DNA of 64,000 bases from an uncultured Solirubrobacterales bacterium (GCA_903821395.1 CAIJLJ010000099.1:497-64496), one strand, 5' to 3'; positions 41,971 to 52,088 are shown, counted from the stretch's first letter. Translations and numbers: made by a program. The notes: generated from the sequence alone by a model not told the origin.

Positions 41971-42863
41971 TGAAACTCGGATTCTTTACCCGCGAGGCTT
42001 TTAGTTCGATCTCACGCAACGCCGTGCCGAGCTTCGCTGCCCTGGCCTCGGTCCTCGTGACTCTGCTCGTGCTTGGCGTCTTCATCCCGATCGTTCAGGC
42101 GACAACCGGCGCAGCTAACGACGTACGCGGCCAGGTAATCGTCAACGTCTACATGAAGAGCGATGCCACGCCGGCCGACTCTCAGCGCGTCCGCTCCCAG
42201 CTCGCCCAGATTCAAGGCGTGAAGTCAATCCAGTACATCAGCAAGGACGCCGCCTACGCTCAGGAACGACGTAAGAACCCTCAGGCCTACCAGCTCCTGG
42301 GCTCGAATCCGCTGCCCGACACCCTCCGCGTCACGCCGACCAATCCTGACAACGCGCTGGCGCTCGTTAGTGCTATTCAGCCACAGACGCCGGGTGGGGG
42401 CAGGACGACGATTGATCCTTCGATCGACTCGGTCGGCTCATCGAAGGACAACACCGACAAGATCCTCACCGCCACGCGCGTAGTGAAACTGACGACCGGG
42501 CTTCTCGCCGGGTTGCTGATCGTTGCCTCGGTGCTTTTGATCTCCAACACCATTCGTCTTTCGGTCTTCTCACGCCGCCGTGAGATTCAAGTGATGAAGC
42601 TCGTAGGTGCGACAGATGGCTTCATCCGTTGGCCGTTCGTGCTTGAGGCAGTGCTTCTCGGTGCGCTCGGTGCCGTGTTGGCAATTCTGCTGCTCGGAGT
42701 GATGAAGGTTGCTCTGGTTGACCCACTGGTGAGCGATTTTGCGCTTCTATCCGCGCCGAGCACGATCAGCTTTGGGCTGCTCGTTGCCGTGCTTCTCGGC
42801 GCCGGGATCGCGGTTAGCGCGCTTGGCTCGGCGATCTCGCTGCGCCGCTTCCTGCAGGTTTAG
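41970..42863 (+). CDS. ftsX: cell division permease FtsX
   Basis: 297 aa. N-terminal transmembrane helix, periplasmic domain, then three C-terminal transmembrane helices. Its ATG overlaps the ftsE stop. Confidence 0.9.
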   Translation: MKLGFFTREAFSSISRNAVPSFAALASVLVTLLVLGVFIPIVQATTGAANDVRGQVIVNVYMKSDATPADSQRVRSQLAQIQGVKSIQYISKDAAYAQERRKNPQAYQLLGSNPLPDTLRVTPTNPDNALALVSAIQPQTPGGGRTTIDPSIDSVGSSKDNTDKILTATRVVKLTTGLLAGLLIVASVLLISNTIRLSVFSRRREIQVMKLVGATDGFIRWPFVLEAVLLGALGAVLAILLLGVMKVALVDPLVSDFALLSAPSTISFGLLVAVLLGAGIAVSALGSAISLRRFLQV

Positions 42864-42934
42864 GCCACGCGCGAGAGCGATCTGTGCTCGGCGGCCCTAC
42901 CCTTTGTCAAGCGGTTAGCTCCGCCTGATTCTCA

Positions 42935-44152
42935 ATGTCTACACGCCGCGTCGTCATAACCCTCGTTGCTGCCGCTGCCGCGGTCATCGCTGCGCTCGCA
43001 CTGCTGACGATCGGCATCTGGATCGGTGGCCGCAACGCTGATCTAGTTCCGTCGCCGCTGCGCGGCGCGTTAGTAGGTAGCGACGACCAGATAGTCGTCC
43101 GCGAGGCGCTGAACGACATCAGCGACACCTACTACCGCAAGCTACCGGCCGGGCAGCTAGCCAACGACGCCATCGGCGGTGCTGTCAAGAAGCTAAACGA
43201 CCGCTTTTCGAACTACTTCACGCCAGCGCAGTACGCGCAGTTCCAGCAGGCTCAGGCCAGTAGCTTCACCGGGATCGGCGTGACTGTCGATCGAGGTAAG
43301 CGCGGCCTGCTCGTGAGGTCGGTATACAAGGGCTCACCAGCCCACGAAGTGGGGATCTCGGTTGGTGATCAGATCATCGAAGCCAACGGCCGGTCACTCG
43401 CGGGGCTCACGACCGACCAGGCTTCGCAGTTAGTGAAGGGCCCTGCCGGAACGAAAGTGCGGCTGAAGGTTGTACACAACGGCAAAGAGCGCGTCGTGGT
43501 GGCCTCGCGCCGGCCGATCACGGTCCCCGTTGTGGCCTCGGTGATGAAGACCGTCTGCGGCAAGAAGGTTGGAATTGTCGCCCTCTCCACTTTCAGTTCG
43601 GGCGCGCACGCTGAGGTCTACGCGGCTCTTGCGAAGCTGAAGAAGCAAGGCGCGCAGGCATACATTTTTGATCTTCGAAATAACGGTGGAGGGTTGGTTG
43701 ATGAAGCTCAGCTGATCGCCAGCGCATTCCTTCCCGATGGGCCGATCGTGACAACGCGTGGGCGCAACGTCCCGTCGCGTACGCTCGATGCAACTGGGGA
43801 GCCGATCATCCCGAAAGCCCCGCTCGTCGTGCTAACCAATGGCGGAACGGCGTCGGCCTCCGAGATTGTTGCTGGTGCGTTGCAGGATCGCGGCCGGGCA
43901 ACGCTCGTCGGTGAGAAGACGTTCGGAAAAGGTGTCTTCCAAGAGGTCATCGAACTCTCAAACGGCGGAGCACTAGACATAACGGCGGGCCAGTACTTCA
44001 CGCCGAAGGGGCGAAATCTTGGTGGTCGCGGAGTCTCACAGGGGGCTGGGCTGAAGCCAGATCTGCTTGTTAAGCAGCCCAACGAGTCGACGAAGGATCT
44101 AGCGCTGTTGGCTGCGCTGGCCAAGCTCGGCGGCTGTACCCGCGTGAACTAG
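42935..44152 (+). CDS. S41 family C-terminal processing peptidase with PDZ domain
   Basis: Transmembrane anchor, PDZ segment (GIGVTV...GSPAHEVGISVGDQII), catalytic Ser (NGGTASASEI) and Lys (TFGKG). Confidence 0.88.
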   Translation: MSTRRVVITLVAAAAAVIAALALLTIGIWIGGRNADLVPSPLRGALVGSDDQIVVREALNDISDTYYRKLPAGQLANDAIGGAVKKLNDRFSNYFTPAQYAQFQQAQASSFTGIGVTVDRGKRGLLVRSVYKGSPAHEVGISVGDQIIEANGRSLAGLTTDQASQLVKGPAGTKVRLKVVHNGKERVVVASRRPITVPVVASVMKTVCGKKVGIVALSTFSSGAHAEVYAALAKLKKQGAQAYIFDLRNNGGGLVDEAQLIASAFLPDGPIVTTRGRNVPSRTLDATGEPIIPKAPLVVLTNGGTASASEIVAGALQDRGRATLVGEKTFGKGVFQEVIELSNGGALDITAGQYFTPKGRNLGGRGVSQGAGLKPDLLVKQPNESTKDLALLAALAKLGGCTRVN

Positions 44153-45922
44153 GTGACGCCTCCGCCTAAGCAGGAACGCGCCGCCGGCGACCCGCAGGTC
44201 GTGCTGCTCGAGAAGCGCGGCCAATTTCTCGTTGGTCAGCCATTCTTCGAGCCTGGCCAACAGATCAGCATCGGGAAGCCGCCGGCTAAGGCGAAGGCGG
44301 GCAAGCTAGCGCTTGTAGCGACTCCTGGCGCACGCTCACGCAACGCGCGCGCAAAGGTGCTGCGGCTTTTGGGTAGTCCTGAGATTGCCCGCAACGTGGT
44401 CGAGGCGTTGATGCTTGATCGCGGTTTGCGCCGCCGCTTTCCGAAGACTGTTCTTGCGGCAGCTGAATCGGCGCGCGAGCACCCGCACCCGGAGCCCGGT
44501 CGGCGCGACCTGCGCGAGCTGACGACCTTCACGATCGACCCCTCCAGCGCGAAGGATTTTGACGACGCCATCTCGGCCGAGAAGCTGAGTGACTCGCGCA
44601 CACGCGTTTGGGTTCACATCGCGGACGTCAGCGCTTATGTGCGGCCTGGCGACCCGGTCGACCGCGAAGCGCGCCGCCGAGCGACCAGCGTTTACGTTCC
44701 CGGCGCGGTCGAGCCGATGCTGCCCGAAGCACTCTCCAACGATGCCTGTTCGCTTGTTCCTGGAGAAGACCGGCTGGCAGTAACGGCCGAGCTCGAGTTT
44801 GACGGTTCGAAGCTCGTCGCCAGCAGCTTCTACCGCTCTACGATTCGCTCCGATAAGCGGCTCAGCTACGAGGAGGTTGATCAGATCTTCACTGGCGAGC
44901 GCGAGGCGCAGACGCCGTGGGCCGAACCTCTCGTTGCTGCGCGTGAGGTTTCAGCAATGCGTGACGAGGCGCGGCGGGCAGGAGGCGCAGCGCTGGCGAT
45001 CGAGTCTGTTGAGCCCGAGTTTTCTTTCGACAAGCAGGGTCACGTTGCCGATTCGGTTGCCAGCATTCAAACCGAATCACACCGCCTGATTGAGCATCTG
45101 ATGATCGCAGCCAATGAGGCTGTCGCGACGCTCTGCATGGAGAAGGGGCTGCCGACTCTGTATCGCATCCACGAGCGCCCTGAGTCGGAGTCGGTCGAGC
45201 GGCTGCTCGACCAGCTCGCATCGCTTGGCGTAGCCACGCCAGCGACCCCTGAACACCTTTCTTCAAGCGATGCTGCAGAGGTTGTCGCAGCAGCGTCGCT
45301 GTCTGTCGACGAGCACGTAAAGCGGACAGGCGTCGCGCGGATGGGCCTTACCTATTTGGTCCTGCGCTCACTGCGCCAGGCGCGCTATTCGCCTGACAAC
45401 GCCGGCCACGCCGGGCTTGGGCTCGCGAACTACTGCCACTTCACGTCGCCGATCCGTCGCTACCCGGACCTGCTCTGCCACCGCGCGCTGCTCAGCGCCG
45501 TCGGCTGCGACGAGCAGGCGCCGCGCGCCGATGAGCTCGAAGAGATGGCTGTCTGGACCAGCGAGCGCGAGCGCGACGCGATCCGCACAGAGCGGATCGC
45601 CGACTCGGTTGCCGGAAGCTTCCTGCTTGAGCGGCGGCTAATGGAGCGTGGCCCGGACAAGCCATTTGAGGGGGAGGTGACCGGTCTGATCGGCGCCGGC
45701 ATCTTCATCAGCTTTGATGAGGGCGCGCATGAAGGTTTCTTGCCGGTACGACGAATCAAAGGCGACTGGTGGGACCTAAATGAGCACGGGACGATCATGA
45801 CCGGCAGCAAAAGCGGGTCAACGATCCGCTTCGGCGACCGCCTTCAGGTAAAGGTTGATCGGATTGACAAGGCGCGTGGCCGAGTTGATCTCGTACTCGC
45901 CGAAGACCTTCCTGCTCGCTAG
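44153..45922 (+). CDS. rnr: RNase II/R family 3'-5' exoribonuclease (RNB + S1 domains)
   Basis: GTG start directly after the preceding stop. RNB motifs TIDPSSAKDFDDA and HFTSPIRRYPDL. C-terminal S1-like segment. Confidence 0.85.
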   Translation: MTPPPKQERAAGDPQVVLLEKRGQFLVGQPFFEPGQQISIGKPPAKAKAGKLALVATPGARSRNARAKVLRLLGSPEIARNVVEALMLDRGLRRRFPKTVLAAAESAREHPHPEPGRRDLRELTTFTIDPSSAKDFDDAISAEKLSDSRTRVWVHIADVSAYVRPGDPVDREARRRATSVYVPGAVEPMLPEALSNDACSLVPGEDRLAVTAELEFDGSKLVASSFYRSTIRSDKRLSYEEVDQIFTGEREAQTPWAEPLVAAREVSAMRDEARRAGGAALAIESVEPEFSFDKQGHVADSVASIQTESHRLIEHLMIAANEAVATLCMEKGLPTLYRIHERPESESVERLLDQLASLGVATPATPEHLSSSDAAEVVAAASLSVDEHVKRTGVARMGLTYLVLRSLRQARYSPDNAGHAGLGLANYCHFTSPIRRYPDLLCHRALLSAVGCDEQAPRADELEEMAVWTSERERDAIRTERIADSVAGSFLLERRLMERGPDKPFEGEVTGLIGAGIFISFDEGAHEGFLPVRRIKGDWWDLNEHGTIMTGSKSGSTIRFGDRLQVKVDRIDKARGRVDLVLAEDLPAR

Positions 45923-45933
45923 GCTCGCTGGCG

Positions 45934-46413
45934 ATGGCTAAAGCAGGCAAAAAGAAGGTCGCTCCCGGCGACGTCGCAACCAACCGTCAGGCCCGCCACC
46001 GCTACGAGATCGTCGAAAAGATCGAGTGTGGAATTGAGCTGCAAGGGACTGAGGTCAAGGCGCTACGCGAGGGCGCGGTTCAGATCAAGGATTCCTACGC
46101 CCAGGTCTGGGAAGGCGAACTGTGGCTGCACAACTGCCACATTTCGCCGTACGCGCCTGCTGCCGCCAACAATCATGAGCCCGAACGGGTCCGAAAGCTG
46201 CTCGCCAAGCGGGTCGAGATTGAGCGGCTGGCCGGCGCGCTCTCGCAGAAGGGCCTGACGCTCGTGCCTCTGCGGATCTACTTCAAGGGTCAGCACGCCA
46301 AAGTCGAGCTGGGGCTAGCCCGCGGCCGTGATCGCTTCGATAAACGGCAAGCGATCAAGGAGCGCGAAACCAAGCGCGATATGGACCGCGCCCTACGCGA
46401 AGCGAACCGCTAG
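45934..46413 (+). CDS. smpB: SsrA-binding protein
   Basis: 159 aa. Motifs NRQARHRYEI, GIELQGTEVKALR, LHNCHISPY. Confidence 0.95.
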   Translation: MAKAGKKKVAPGDVATNRQARHRYEIVEKIECGIELQGTEVKALREGAVQIKDSYAQVWEGELWLHNCHISPYAPAAANNHEPERVRKLLAKRVEIERLAGALSQKGLTLVPLRIYFKGQHAKVELGLARGRDRFDKRQAIKERETKRDMDRALREANR

Positions 46414-48212
46414 TTGCCTCGCTGAGCGAGAACCTCGTCGGCGGCCGACTCTGCCTCTTCGAGCTCTGCTGCGACCAGTTCAATTCCGGACTTCCAGAAG
46501 CCTGGGTCGCTTAGATCAAGGCCCGCAATCTTCGCTAGGTCCTCCGGGCTGCGCGAGCCGCCGGCGGCGAGCATCTCAAGGTAGGCGGGCACGAATGCTT
46601 CGCCTTCTTTGAGGTACTGGCCGTAGACGGAGAGCGCGAGCAGCTGGCCGTAGGCGTACGCGTAGACGTACCCCGGGCTGCCGATGAAGTGAGGGATGTA
46701 ACTCCACCAGCAGCGATAATCCGGCGTGATCTCAACTGCGTCGCCGAGCAGGTCCTCCTGCGTCGCCTGCCAGTGCTGCGCGAAGTCCTCGACCGAAAGC
46801 TCACCTTGCTCACGGCGGTGAGTGTGAACTGCCTCTTCGAAGCGGTTCATCGCGGTTTGGCGAAAGACGGTGGCGATCGAGTTCTCAATGTTCTCTGCAA
46901 GCAGGCTGAGCCGTGACTGCGGCGTGTCGGCGGCTTCGAGCAGGCGGCGGAAGACGAGCGTCTCGCCAAAGACCGAGGCCGTCTCACAGACCGTTAGGGG
47001 AGTGTGTTGTTCGTAAACACCGCGCGGAATTGCCAGTGCCGCATGGACGCCGTGGCCAAGTTCGTGCGCCAGCGTCATTACGTCGCGTCGCGTTGCCGTC
47101 CAGTTCAGCATCACGTAGGGGTGGACGCTCGGCACGGTGTAGGCGCAGAAGGCGCCGCCGCGCTTGCCCGGTCGCGCCGGCGCGTCAATCCAGCGCTCGT
47201 CGAAGAACCTGGCTGCCAGGTCGCCGAGCTCGGGTGAGAAGTCGCCGTAGGCGTCGAGCACGATCTCCTTGCCATCGTTCCAGTCGACTTTCGCGTCATC
47301 CTGAGCGATCGCTGCGGCGCGGTCGTAGTCGGCGATCCGCTCAAGCCCGAGCAGCTTCGCCTTAAGCCGGTACCAGCGCCGTGGCAGCTCGTAGGCACCT
47401 TCGACCGCCTCGACCAGCGCCTCAACCGATTCGTCGCTGGCTTCGTTTGAGAGGTTGCGGCTTGAGAGCCAGCTTGGGTAGCTGCGCAGCCTGTCCTCGG
47501 TCGCCTTGTCCTGAAGCAGCGTGTTGAAGAGGTAGGCGCGTGTTCGCAGCCCCGGCTCGAGCGCCCGCGTGACTGCTGCCGCAGCATCACGCCTGACGTC
47601 ACGCTCCGGCGAATGGAGCAGGCTGAGCGCTTGGTCGAGCGGCACCGATTCATCCTCGTCCGGCAGGTCAACTCGGATCGCGCTGGTCAGCTCACTGAAA
47701 AGCCGTGACCAAGCGTCGCGGCCGGTAACTGACTTTTCGGCCGAGAGCTTCTCCTCGGCTTCGCTCAAGAGGTGGGGGCGGTAGCGGCGGATTGTCTGCA
47801 GGTAGTGCCGGGCGTGTTCGAGGCCGTCGGCTTGAAGCAGCTCAGCGGCGCGCGCGTCATCGACCTCGGCCCATTCCAACTCGAAGAAGACGAGCTTCGT
47901 TTCGATTCCGGTTGCGAGCTCCTGAACGCGAGCCATTAGTGCGCCGTTGGCTGGGTCTTCGGTGTCGGCGGCGAAACGCAGGTGGGCGTAGTTGCCGGCG
48001 CGGCCGACGAGATCGCTGATGATTGCCAGCTCGGCTATGGCTAGCGCCAGGCCCGGGCCATCAAGCGCACCAACCTTGCCAGCGTATGTTGCCGCCAGTG
48101 CGGCGGCGCGGCGGTCGGCGTCGGCGAGCAGTTCGTCGCATTCCGCTGGCCCGCCCCCGTCTACAAGGTCTTCGAGCTGCCAAGTGACGTCATTTACCTC
48201 TGTATCGCTCAT
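46410..48212 (-). CDS. pepF: M3 family oligoendopeptidase F
   Basis: 600 aa with HELGHGVH zinc motif. No SD. TATGCT sits 6 nt upstream of the ATG, so the transcript may be leaderless. Confidence 0.85.
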   Translation of the reverse strand: MSDTEVNDVTWQLEDLVDGGGPAECDELLADADRRAAALAATYAGKVGALDGPGLALAIAELAIISDLVGRAGNYAHLRFAADTEDPANGALMARVQELATGIETKLVFFELEWAEVDDARAAELLQADGLEHARHYLQTIRRYRPHLLSEAEEKLSAEKSVTGRDAWSRLFSELTSAIRVDLPDEDESVPLDQALSLLHSPERDVRRDAAAAVTRALEPGLRTRAYLFNTLLQDKATEDRLRSYPSWLSSRNLSNEASDESVEALVEAVEGAYELPRRWYRLKAKLLGLERIADYDRAAAIAQDDAKVDWNDGKEIVLDAYGDFSPELGDLAARFFDERWIDAPARPGKRGGAFCAYTVPSVHPYVMLNWTATRRDVMTLAHELGHGVHAALAIPRGVYEQHTPLTVCETASVFGETLVFRRLLEAADTPQSRLSLLAENIENSIATVFRQTAMNRFEEAVHTHRREQGELSVEDFAQHWQATQEDLLGDAVEITPDYRCWWSYIPHFIGSPGYVYAYAYGQLLALSVYGQYLKEGEAFVPAYLEMLAAGGSRSPEDLAKIAGLDLSDPGFWKSGIELVAAELEEAESAADEVLAQRGN

Positions 48213-48276
48213 CGGGCGAGCATAAGCGCAACTGAAAATCGCTGTCGGCAGGCCTTAAGCGAGGCTCTTTTCCCCT

Positions 48277-48297
48277 AAATAGCGGCATCATCGCCGC
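48277..48297 (-). terminator. weak hairpin plus U-tract, candidate terminator of cydDC
   Basis: On the minus strand: GCGGC-GAUGAU-GCCGC followed by UAUUU. The stem is only 5 bp. Confidence 0.3.
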
Positions 48298-48304
48298 GCC
48301 ACCC

Positions 48305-48333
48305 TTGACGCGGTTTGGAGCGGTCCCTATCTT
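48305..48333 (+). promoter_or_regulatory. sigma-70-like promoter motif TTGACG-N17-TATCTT
   Basis: -35 at 48305-48310 and -10 at 48328-48333. The predicted start (~48340-48341) falls at the base of the helix that begins at 48342. Confidence 0.35.
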
Positions 48334-48341
48334 GAATTTCA

Positions 48342-48467
48342 GACGCGGTGTCCGAGCCGCAAAGAGCGACGATCAGGGATGTAAGATCGCGCCTCCCTCA
48401 CCGGAACTGAACCCAGCAATGGGGAACGAGAAGGAGCGAGGGGTCCCGCAGTGGCTCGGCCCGCGTC
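48342..48467 (+). ncRNA. unclassified structured element (candidate small RNA); strand tentative
   Basis: Closing helix 48342-48348/48461-48467 (7 bp) plus 48352-48360/48451-48459 (9 bp, including a G-U that pairs only on the plus strand). Internal hairpins 48366-48392 and 48393-48436. Confidence 0.3.
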
Positions 48468-48486
48468 GCTTTACGTCCGCAGCCAG

Positions 48487-50244
48487 TTACGCCGCTGCTG
48501 ACAGCCTGGCAAGAGCGCCGTCAGAGGCGATCAGATCGCCCCAAGTACCTCGCTCTACGATCGCGCCCGCGTCGAGCACGATGATCTCGTCGAACTGATC
48601 AAGCCCTTCAACGGTGTGCGTGATTACCAGCATCGCGCGGGGGTCACTGCGCTCTGAGCCGATTGCACTCAGCAGGTCTCGCGCTCCTGCCGCATCGAGG
48701 TTGGCGGTCGGCTCGTCGAGGATCACGATCTGAGACTGCGCGATCAAGCCCCGCGCCAGCGCAATCCGTCCGCGCTGGCCGCCAGAGACCTCAGCGCCCT
48801 CCTCGCCGACCAACGTTTCGATCCCTTCTGGAAGCGACGCGATCCAAGCGCCCAGGCCGGCGCGGCTGAGCGCGGCGATGATCTGCTCGTCGCTCGCCTC
48901 GGGCGCCGCGAGGCGCACATTCTGCGCGATCGTCGTCGTGAAGAGGTAAGCCTCTTGGCTGACCAGCCGAACGGCGCTGCGCAGCGCGTCTTGGCTGAGT
49001 TCGCGGATGTCGGTGCCGCCAAGAGTGACGCGGCCGCTGCTGGGGTCGAGGAAGCGAACCGCGCAGCTAGCGAGTGTCGTCTTGCCTGCCCCGCTGGCGC
49101 CGACCAGTGCGATCCGTGAGCCGGGGGCGAGCGCAGCACTGACGTCACGCAGCGCCGCCTGCTCACGGTCATCGAACACGACGCTCACGTTCTCGAACGT
49201 CAGCGAGCCGCCTTCGGGAACTGGGACTGGAATGGGAGGATCGCTTACAGGAATGGGCGCTTCGGTCACTCGCTCGAGCCGTGCCGCGGCCTGTGCGCAG
49301 GCCGTCAGCCGCTGGGCAGCGTCGGGCAATCCGACAACGGCCTCAAAGGCGCCGATAGTGAGGAAGACAATTCCCGCTAGTAAGACGCCGTCAAGTTGCC
49401 CACTGGCGGTTGCCTGAACGCCGATCGCGGCGACCGCGACCATCGCCGCGCCCCCGATCGCTACGCCAACGCCGCTGGTGATGCCGCTGATCCAGGCTCC
49501 CGGTCGCTCGGTCGCGGCGAGCTGTGAATCGGCGCTCTCAAGTCGCTCGGCCCATTGCTGCTCGCGGCCGTAAACGGCCAGTTCGGCGGCGCCACTGACC
49601 AGCTCAACGAGTTCCGAGCTCAGCTGCGCGCGTGCCGGCGCTTCGCGAAGGCCTGAGCTGCGTCCGGCGCGCGCCGCGATCACCGGGAGCAGTAGGCCGG
49701 CAAACAGCATCGCCACGACCAGCACCGCGGCAGCTGCCGGCAGCACGATCGCCACGGCGCCGGCGAGTACGACGATCGCCAGCAGTGCGATCAGCGGCGG
49801 TCCGAGCGCCCTCAGGTAGAGGTCTTGGAGCGTGTCGACGTCGCCGACGAAGCGGCTCAGCACGTCGCCGCTGCGGATCCCGCGCAGCCCTTCTGGAACG
49901 AGTGGGATAAGGCGTTCGAAGAAGCGCACGCGAAGGTCGGCGAGCACGCGGAAGGCGAGGTCGTGTGAGACCAGTCGTTCGCAGTAGCGCAGCAGCGCCC
50001 TCGCGATCGCGAGCGCTCGCACGCCGACCGTGAAAAGTGCCAGCGTCAGGATCTGCGGCCGCAGCGCCGCCTTGCTGATTAGGACGCCAGCGACCGCGAG
50101 TAGTGCGACAGCGGCAAGGATCGCACCTGCGCCCAACACGATCGATAGAACCAGCTGGCCGCGGCGCGGGCGGACGAGCCGAGCCGCGCGTTCCAAAGCG
50201 CCCCAGCGATCTGCCTTCGACACAGGGGATTGAGTTGTGGTCAT
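48487..50244 (-). CDS. cydC: thiol reductant ABC exporter subunit CydC
   Basis: Six-helix transmembrane domain plus ABC domain (GASGAGKTT, VSGGQRGRIALAR, ILDEPTANLD). Overlaps cydD by 4 nt. Confidence 0.85.
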   Translation of the reverse strand: MTTTQSPVSKADRWGALERAARLVRPRRGQLVLSIVLGAGAILAAVALLAVAGVLISKAALRPQILTLALFTVGVRALAIARALLRYCERLVSHDLAFRVLADLRVRFFERLIPLVPEGLRGIRSGDVLSRFVGDVDTLQDLYLRALGPPLIALLAIVVLAGAVAIVLPAAAAVLVVAMLFAGLLLPVIAARAGRSSGLREAPARAQLSSELVELVSGAAELAVYGREQQWAERLESADSQLAATERPGAWISGITSGVGVAIGGAAMVAVAAIGVQATASGQLDGVLLAGIVFLTIGAFEAVVGLPDAAQRLTACAQAAARLERVTEAPIPVSDPPIPVPVPEGGSLTFENVSVVFDDREQAALRDVSAALAPGSRIALVGASGAGKTTLASCAVRFLDPSSGRVTLGGTDIRELSQDALRSAVRLVSQEAYLFTTTIAQNVRLAAPEASDEQIIAALSRAGLGAWIASLPEGIETLVGEEGAEVSGGQRGRIALARGLIAQSQIVILDEPTANLDAAGARDLLSAIGSERSDPRAMLVITHTVEGLDQFDEIIVLDAGAIVERGTWGDLIASDGALARLSAAA

Positions 50245-51941
50245 CGCTCGCCCTTGCCGTCAACTATTACGCCGCCCCGAAGCGTCACGATGCGATCCGC
50301 TGCTGCCGCCAGCGCCGGCCGGTGGACGATCAAAAGGACGCTGCGCGAAACGCTCAGGCGCGCAATCGCATCACCGACGGCTGCCGATGATTCCGCGTCA
50401 AGGTGAGCGGTCGGTTCGTCGAGGATTACGAACGGGGCGTCTCGCAGGAAGGCGCGCGCTAGCGCCACGCGCTGTGTTTCACCGGCCGAGAGTGTCCGCT
50501 GGCCTTCTCCGAGTGGTGTCTCCAAGCCCTCCGGCAGTGAGTCGACCAGTCGTTCGAGCCCGGCGTCTGCGCAGGCCGCCAGCAGTGCTGTGTCGTCGGC
50601 TTCGGGCCGGCCGAGGCGGATGTTCTCGGAGAGCGTGCCGCTGAAGAGCGTTGGCCGCTGAGGTACCCACGCGAGTTGCTTGCGCCACTGCTTGGGATCT
50701 ACGTCGAGCAAGTTCACTCCGTTGCAGAGCATCCGCCCCGCGTTTGGATCGAGGAGCCGCAGGATCAGCGCCGCGACGGTGCTCTTCCCTTGCCCACTCG
50801 GCCCTACAAGAGCCAGCTGCTCGCCGGGGTCGATCGTCAGGTTGACCGACTCCAGCACAGCCTCGCCACGTCCCTCATACGCGAATCTGACCGTCTCCAG
50901 CACGACCGGTCCGTTTCGCGGGTCGGGCGATGGCAGCGGGACTGCGGGGACGCCCACGGCGGCAGGCGTGTCGAGCAGCTCAAAGCACTGCTGCGCCGCG
51001 GTCAGGCCGTCGGTGCTGGCGTGGAACTGCTGGCCGACCATCCGTATCGGCAGGTAGAGCTCCGGCGCCAGCAGCAGAACCGCTAGCGCCGTCGCAAAGT
51101 TCAGCTCCGCATTGATCAGCTGAATCGCAACAGTTGCTGCCACCAAAGCCGTGCCCATCATCGCTGCTAGCTCTAGAACGAGAGATGAGAGGAAGGCGAT
51201 TCGTAGCGTCACCATCGTTTCGCTTCGGTACTGCTCGCCGGTTTCGCGCAGCGACTCAACCTGGCGCTGGGCACGGTCGTTGGCCTTCAGCGTTTGGAGC
51301 CCCTTGACTGCGTCGAGAAAGTGCGCGCTCAGGAGCGAAAGAGTGCGCCAGCGCCGCTCCGTCGCGGTCCGAGCAGCGAGGCCAATCAGCACCATGAAGA
51401 GGGTGATGATCGGCAACGTGACGAGCAGGATTGTGCCAGCGGCAAGGTCTTGCGGGAAGACGTAGATCATGATCACGATCGGAACAACGACGGCGAGCAC
51501 CAGCTGCGGTAGATAGCGGGCGAAGTAGGCCTCAAGTGAGCTCAAACCTTGAACGGCGTTGGTAACAAGCTCGCCGGCCCGCTGGCTCCGCAGCCCAGCC
51601 GGTCGGGTATCGAGCATGTGCGCAGTCAAGCTGGCTCGCAGCTCACCAACAACGCGGCGCGCTCCGAGTCGCCCTGATGTTTCAAAGCCAAACGCGCAGA
51701 ATGCCCGCGCAGCGACAACCGCGACCAGAATCCAGAGCTCGCCGCTTACCTCGCTGAGCCCTTTCCCGCCTGGAAAGGCGCCAGCGATCACGCGTCCGAG
51801 TAGCACGGCCTGTGCGACTACGAGCAGCGAGGTGACGACGCCGAGAACGACAGCACCAAGCAGCGGCACGCGCGCCGAGCGGGTAGAGCGAAAAAGCCTT
51901 CGGTCAGCACCGCGGGGAGCGCTCTGGGCGCGCGTTGCCAA
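50241..51941 (-). CDS. cydD: thiol reductant ABC exporter subunit CydD
   Basis: TTG start. Transmembrane domain plus ABC domain (GPSGQGKST, LSAGETQRVALAR, ILDEPTAHLD). Confidence 0.85.
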   Translation of the reverse strand: MATRAQSAPRGADRRLFRSTRSARVPLLGAVVLGVVTSLLVVAQAVLLGRVIAGAFPGGKGLSEVSGELWILVAVVAARAFCAFGFETSGRLGARRVVGELRASLTAHMLDTRPAGLRSQRAGELVTNAVQGLSSLEAYFARYLPQLVLAVVVPIVIMIYVFPQDLAAGTILLVTLPIITLFMVLIGLAARTATERRWRTLSLLSAHFLDAVKGLQTLKANDRAQRQVESLRETGEQYRSETMVTLRIAFLSSLVLELAAMMGTALVAATVAIQLINAELNFATALAVLLLAPELYLPIRMVGQQFHASTDGLTAAQQCFELLDTPAAVGVPAVPLPSPDPRNGPVVLETVRFAYEGRGEAVLESVNLTIDPGEQLALVGPSGQGKSTVAALILRLLDPNAGRMLCNGVNLLDVDPKQWRKQLAWVPQRPTLFSGTLSENIRLGRPEADDTALLAACADAGLERLVDSLPEGLETPLGEGQRTLSAGETQRVALARAFLRDAPFVILDEPTAHLDAESSAAVGDAIARLSVSRSVLLIVHRPALAAAADRIVTLRGGVIVDGKGER

Positions 51942-52088
51942 CTTATGCTCGGTCGCCGGGGCTTTGATCGGCGTCGGTCTTAAGCATTATTCGTAGGCCG
52001 CTCACTGCCGCGAAGATTAGCGGCGCTAGGCCAATGGCGGATACCGCTGACGCTAGACTGAGCTCTGCAGTTAGTTAGTGCATCCCTA

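Noticed and set aside
48342-48467. Tried to identify the structured element as SRP RNA, 6S, 6C, or a TPP, cobalamin or SAH riboswitch.
   Set aside because: On the minus strand, CAGTTCCGGTGAGGGAGGCG only loosely resembles the SRP domain IV motif (CCGGAAGGGAGCA), and the conserved loop adenines and GNRA tetraloop are missing. The other consensus boxes (CUGAGA, B12 box, etc.) are absent. It is kept as unclassified.
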